From Candidatus Latescibacterota bacterium (lineage in GTDB: Bacteria; Latescibacterota; UBA2968), in assembly GCA_965207885.1 (NCBI GenBank), contig OZ242311.1, positions 4,256,001-4,320,000 of the forward strand: a stretch of 64,000 bases of DNA, read 5' to 3'. A model generated the notes under the pieces. It was given only the letters and a program-made list of their open reading frames with translations, was not told the origin of the DNA and ran no database searches. The position numbers and the translations under genes are program-made. This document shows positions 59,690 to 64,000 of this stretch, in pieces. How positions within the stretch are numbered: the first letter of the stretch is position 1; each line of letters starts with the position of its first letter.

Positions 59690-60110
59690 GAGATGTCCAG
59701 AATGTTGTTTCTATGAAGCTCCAGCTTTGTCAGACCAGTTAAGTTAGAAAGCGGAGACGCATCCGAAATACTGTTGCCTCGTAGCTTTAGATGGATCAGA
59801 TGGATTAAGCCCGAAAGGTGCGAAAGATCTGACATACTGTTCCGGCTAATATCCAGAAATGTCAGACGGGTTAAGTTAGAAAGCGGAGACGCATCCGAGA
59901 TTGAGTTGCGCTCAAGATCCAGAGATGTCAGACGGGTTAAGTTGGAAAGCGGAGATACGTTCGAGATCGAGTTGCTCTGGATATCCAGCAATGTCAAGCG
60001 AGTTAAGTTAGAAAGTGGAGATACATCCGAAATACTGTTGCCTGCAAGTTTTAGCTTTGTCAGGCTGGTTAAGCCCGACAGTGGCGAGAGGTTGAAGATG
60101 TCGTTGCTGT
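59690..60110 (-). repeat. 66-bp tandem repeats encoding internalin-type LRRs
   Basis: Repeated NSISD(A/V)SPLSNLTRLT units. Confidence 0.85.
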
Positions 60111-60423
60111 TGATATAATGACCACCCTCTCCCCACTCGCCACCGAGATAAAGATGGGTCAATCCGGTTGCATACTCAAGCCCGGTCAGGTTGTGGATAT
60201 TCGCATCCTGCGCGTCAATGCGCGTCAATGTCGCCATTTCCGCCCGGGTAATCGTCGCACCGCTTGCCTTGTCCAACGAGTCCTCAATGACAGCCCTCAG
60301 GTTCACATCGGGGATGGTTACGGTCTGGTTCTGCGCGCTGCTTTCGCCGCAGACGGCAAAGAAAATTAAAAGTATGGTAAAGACAGAGGATATATAACGG
60401 CAAAAAATCATAAATTTCCTCGC

Positions 60424-61236
60424 TCACTTTCTGTGGATGTCGTAGTACCGGAACCCGGCGGTGAGCCAGTAGCGATTCGCAGAGCGCAAGACCCTCGGTA
60501 AGCTGATCAACGAACCACCACGCAACACATGCCTATTGCAGTCTCCAAATATCCAGGCAGAACCATCTGTAGGTGCCCCCTCGTAATTCTCATTCCAACA
60601 ATCTTGCACCCACTCCCACACATTGCCATGCATATCGTAAACACCCCACGCATTCGCCTCGAACGATCCCACTGGCGCTGTCTGCTTATCGTCCCACTGA
60701 CTACCGCATCCATCACAATTGGCGCGGTTGACACCGATGCTGTCTCCCCAGCTATACGCTGTCTCTGTCCCTGCACGTGCCACATACTCCCACTCCGCTT
60801 CACTCAATAAACGATATGTTTTACCCGTCCTCTCAGACAACCAACGCACATAAGACTGCGCATCGTCCCAACTCACATTCACTACCGGACGATTTCCGCG
60901 GCCCCAGCTATCACTCGGAATATCCGGAATATAGTTTCCACAACCTCCTGCATCCATACAGGCATACCATTCGTCAAATGTCACCTCATATACACCCACC
61001 GCAAACTGGTAATCTATATGCACCCTATGCAGCGGCCTTTCATCAGAATGACCCCTCTCACGCGTGGGTGACCCCATCCTGAACGATCCCGATGGCACCA
61101 CCACCATCTTTGGGCATTCATCACAGTCTTGAAAAGTCTCTCCAGGTGAAGGTGCACTATTCCCGGTGTTCTGTTGTGACCATAGAGGAAGGCTCAGAAG
61201 AATTAATACACCTGTACAAATACAGTGACGATCCAT
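60424..61236 (-). CDS. Exported FGE-sulfatase (C-type lectin fold) protein, 3'-truncated; probable DGR target
   Basis: FQDCDECPKMVVVPSGSFRMGS, RLLSEAEWEY, DMHGNVWEW and RGGS motifs; ends before the canonical terminal GFR; SD AAGGAG. Confidence 0.85.
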   Translation of the reverse strand: MDRHCICTGVLILLSLPLWSQQNTGNSAPSPGETFQDCDECPKMVVVPSGSFRMGSPTRERGHSDERPLHRVHIDYQFAVGVYEVTFDEWYACMDAGGCGNYIPDIPSDSWGRGNRPVVNVSWDDAQSYVRWLSERTGKTYRLLSEAEWEYVARAGTETAYSWGDSIGVNRANCDGCGSQWDDKQTAPVGSFEANAWGVYDMHGNVWEWVQDCWNENYEGAPTDGSAWIFGDCNRHVLRGGSLISLPRVLRSANRYWLTAGFRYYDIHRK

Positions 61237-61311
61237 CTTGGCTCTCCTTTCATCAATTCCCCCTGCTATAGAAGATTCTTGGCCTCTAAAAAATGTCAAG
61301 TATCACCTCTG

Positions 61312-62376
61312 CTATCTGCCCTGTATATAGGTCACTTCATATATGATGGTCCCTTCCTCATCGCGGCTGACCCATTTTCCGTGCCGCTTGCCATCCGCAA
61401 ATGGGCCTTCGGATGTGCCTCCATCATAAGAAGGAAAGCTCCAGTGACCGTGCCGCTTGCCGTTCACATAAGGGCCTTTAGCTATGTGAGTTCCCCACTC
61501 AATCTCAACCCATTGTCCGTGCTTTTTTCCGTTCACATAGGAGCCGCCCCCTGTGCGACCCTCCGGGCTACGTTCGACCCATTGTCCGTGCTTCTCGCCA
61601 TCCACGTACGGGCCTTCGAATACGATATGCCTGAACCTCCGCATTTGCTGGACCCAATGCCCGTGCCGCTTGCCGTTCACGTACGGGCCTTTCTCGTCAT
61701 TGAACTTATAAAAGTACCAATAATAGCGATAGATCCATTCTCCGTGTTTCTTACCATCCACATAAAGGCCTTGCCTTACGATCTCGTCGAGGGGCATTTC
61801 GATCCAATGTCCGTACCGTTTGCCATCCCGCAAGTATCCCATTTCTTCACCTTTGTCGGTATAGAGAGTGCCGTGAAAAATAGCAACGGTCTTGAGTGTT
61901 CCCCTTCCCTGGGCAAAACCATCGGAACACTCACCCGACCAGGCCATGATCTCACCCTCTCTGAGATTATCGTTCCAGACATAGCATTTGGGGTGATTGA
62001 TCAACTCCATCCAGCAACCCGCACCTGACGGTTTTCCTTCACACGTTCCATCAGCTTTGATAATTTCGTTGTCGAACACGTCCTCGGAATCTGCTGGCGT
62101 TTCGTCACCGTCAGCACTATGCTGCGCCTTTATATATCCCTCAACCTCACGCATCAGTTCCAGAGCTTCTTTTGTCAGCACTGCGCCGCGTTCTTTTTTT
62201 AACGCTTCGAGCTTTTTCAGCACTCTCAATGTACCCCCGTAGTCGCCTTTGCCGTACAGTTCTTTTGCCAGATTCAGATAATCGCCCCATTGGGCACGTG
62301 GCGGAAATCCGGCTGTTGCAACTGTGAAGAATCCCAACATTACTGCAATAAAAAAGTTCCTGACTACTTCACGCAT
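61312..62376 (-). CDS. Exported MORN-variant/YwqK-like repeat protein
   Basis: Signal peptide; repeated (E/K)GPYV(N/D)GK(R/K)HGxW units. Confidence 0.75.
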   Translation of the reverse strand: MREVVRNFFIAVMLGFFTVATAGFPPRAQWGDYLNLAKELYGKGDYGGTLRVLKKLEALKKERGAVLTKEALELMREVEGYIKAQHSADGDETPADSEDVFDNEIIKADGTCEGKPSGAGCWMELINHPKCYVWNDNLREGEIMAWSGECSDGFAQGRGTLKTVAIFHGTLYTDKGEEMGYLRDGKRYGHWIEMPLDEIVRQGLYVDGKKHGEWIYRYYWYFYKFNDEKGPYVNGKRHGHWVQQMRRFRHIVFEGPYVDGEKHGQWVERSPEGRTGGGSYVNGKKHGQWVEIEWGTHIAKGPYVNGKRHGHWSFPSYDGGTSEGPFADGKRHGKWVSRDEEGTIIYEVTYIQGR

Positions 62377-62463
62377 GGTGTGTCTCCTTAAATCGTGCCT
62401 TATTTAACATGCGATTACTTTAAGAGGCCCCGTGCTGAGTAGATTGCGTGCCGAACACGACGC

Positions 62464-64000
62464 TTATTTACCGAAAGCATCGACAAACAGCAGAAAATCG
62501 CCAATCCCTATTGTGCCATCCCCATCCAGATCAAACCGCGCATCATATCTCGCATCGCCACGACTTAATCCGAACCGGGTTGCAAACAGCAAAAAATCGC
62601 TAATGCCAACTGTCCCATCGCCATCAAAATCGGCCGTTGGAGACGCCTCCGGAACACCAGTGACCACAGCATCGATGCCCACATCTGACACTGTTAGAGG
62701 ACCTCCGCCTTTCTCCTGAACTGGAAACTCTACGCAACCAATCGTCTTTCGCTCTCCGCGAGAATTTCCTAAAATATCGGTTGTTATATCTGGATAATGT
62801 CCCTCTGCATTGCCAATCAAACCACTGGACTCTGCCGCACAACAACCCCATTGGGCAGATAATCCACATCCACCTTAGCAATTCTTATCCCATCCCGATC
62901 AGGCATACCCAAATCCCCATCCGTCACATTCCCCTCCCACATCCAATCCACTGGCTCATCGTCCTGCACCAGCCGCACAGTCCTATCGGATCCCACAAAA
63001 GCATTATTCGCAACCACGCAATCCTCAGGTGCTATACCGTTGGGATGCAGTGGGTGATTTAGCCCCACATCCATCGCCGGACTACATCCCACAAACGTAT
63101 TAAACGCAATCAGCGCGCGCTCCACCCGCACATAGAGATCATCCATCGTCCCATCCCTCACACCCACGCCAGACGCATTGAGCGAGTGGAACAGATTGTT
63201 GACAACAACCTGATCTGTCCCTTGCAAGCGCACACCGCCAGCCCGGCGTTCGCCCTCGCCAAAAAAGAAATTCTCAGACACCACATTGCCATGCCCACTC
63301 CGAAGCGTCAGCGCCCCTCGGCAATCGCGAAACGTATTCCTGCGGAGCGTATTGCCATTGGACTTCACAGAGATAATCTCCGACTCCCCACTACAGCGCT
63401 CAAAAAGGTTGTATTCGATTAGGGTTCCAGAGTGGCCCGGTTCCGGGTTCCAAGGATTTCCCTTTATAACAAGTTGAAGCGTTTCATAGCCATTGCCCAA
63501 CTTGCCCTCTGGAATATCGACGAAGTGGTTGTGGTGGATGTGGTGGTGTTCTCCCTTGTCTAGCACGACGATTCGCATCAATTGGTGGTCAATGTACCCC
63601 TCCGCAACATGGGGAATGTCGAACCTACCGCCCTCATGATCGGTGTTGTTGGTCTTGTTCTCGAATCGGCAGTAATCAATTTCGATTTGCTGACTTTCCG
63701 GCAATACGTCCATCCAAATGCCTACCTGAACGTCTGTCATTACACAGCGACTGATGCGACAACCTCGACCGCGAATTTTTATACTGCCCTTCTCCTCAAA
63801 GCGAAGACCTACGAGATTAATGTAATCTCCCTTTATTGATATGGGACCCTGGATAACGGCTTTCCCGATGTTCTTCGCCTGAATTGTGATGGGATGGGCC
63901 GCGCTCCCCTTTGCTACCAACTCGCACACATCGCCGTCATATACTCCGTCATCTAAGGTGATTGTGTCGCCAGGACGCGCGTCAGATACCCGGTTTTCAA
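62464..64000 (-). pseudogene. Second chondroitinase-B/PL6-like + EF-hand gene (5' end outside window), frameshifted near the 3' end
   Basis: Highly similar to the 56803-59240 part of the first copy. One base shorter near 62830 (ccactgga-10nt-caacaac versus 11 nt), giving a stop at 62817; the EF-hand part continues in another frame to 62464. Confidence 0.8.

Larger units (their letters stand above)
56803..60411 (-). pseudogene. Secreted LRR + Ig-like + chondroitinase-B/PL6 beta-helix + EF-hand/dockerin-like protein, interrupted by an IS
   Basis: 5' part 58048-60411 (signal peptide, internalin-type 22-aa LRRs, Ig-like PFVVEV, PL6-like NGYETIQ and GESEIISVKS). 3' part 56803-57110 (ADFDGDGTVGISDF...FDLDGDGTIGIGDF). 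Removing the IS and one TA restores DILGNSRG, as in the paralog. Confidence 0.88.

Noticed and set aside
1-64000. CRISPR array, DGR reverse transcriptase or template repeat, retron
   Set aside because: No regularly spaced repeat-spacer array, no RT-like ORF, and no AAC-rich non-coding copy of 60430-60525 was recognised by eye.

Overview
64-kb chromosomal window of a roughly 50% GC bacterium. The gene repertoire (three PhyH dioxygenases, two Cys-type sulfatases, a DUF6785-type membrane protein, two GWxTD proteins, LRR/Ig/EF-hand surface proteins) resembles marine sponge-associated Latescibacterota/Poribacteria-like MAGs; this taxonomy is inference only. Most of the window is housekeeping or catabolic: tRNA-Val(CAC), IlvD/Edd dehydratase, modBC, glycerate kinase, QueD, RND and MacB-type transporters, GH29 fucosidase, selA/selB, class I aldolase, MazG. 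Accessory DNA includes two complete TA pairs and an orphan antitoxin, a pentapeptide+FRG pair, a complete IS5-family element with TA duplication, and two duplicated PL6/chondroitinase-B-like genes that have each lost their C-terminal domain by different lesions. The most interesting signals are: (1) an FGE-sulfatase/C-type-lectin gene whose 3' end has the codon pattern of a diversity-generating retroelement variable region, with no RT or template repeat recognised in the window; (2) a small protein that appears to join an integrase arm-binding domain to a catalytically dead PD-(D/E)XK-like domain, with repeated AGCCAC sites upstream; (3) a stand-alone RecT/Rad52-like annealase operon and a sigma70-family gene, each with a LexA (GAAC-N4-GTTC)-like box in the promoter; (4) a long structured leader with two Met-X-X-UGA minigenes ahead of small ORFs and an ECF sigma factor. 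All family assignments come from motif recognition by eye; no database search was run.
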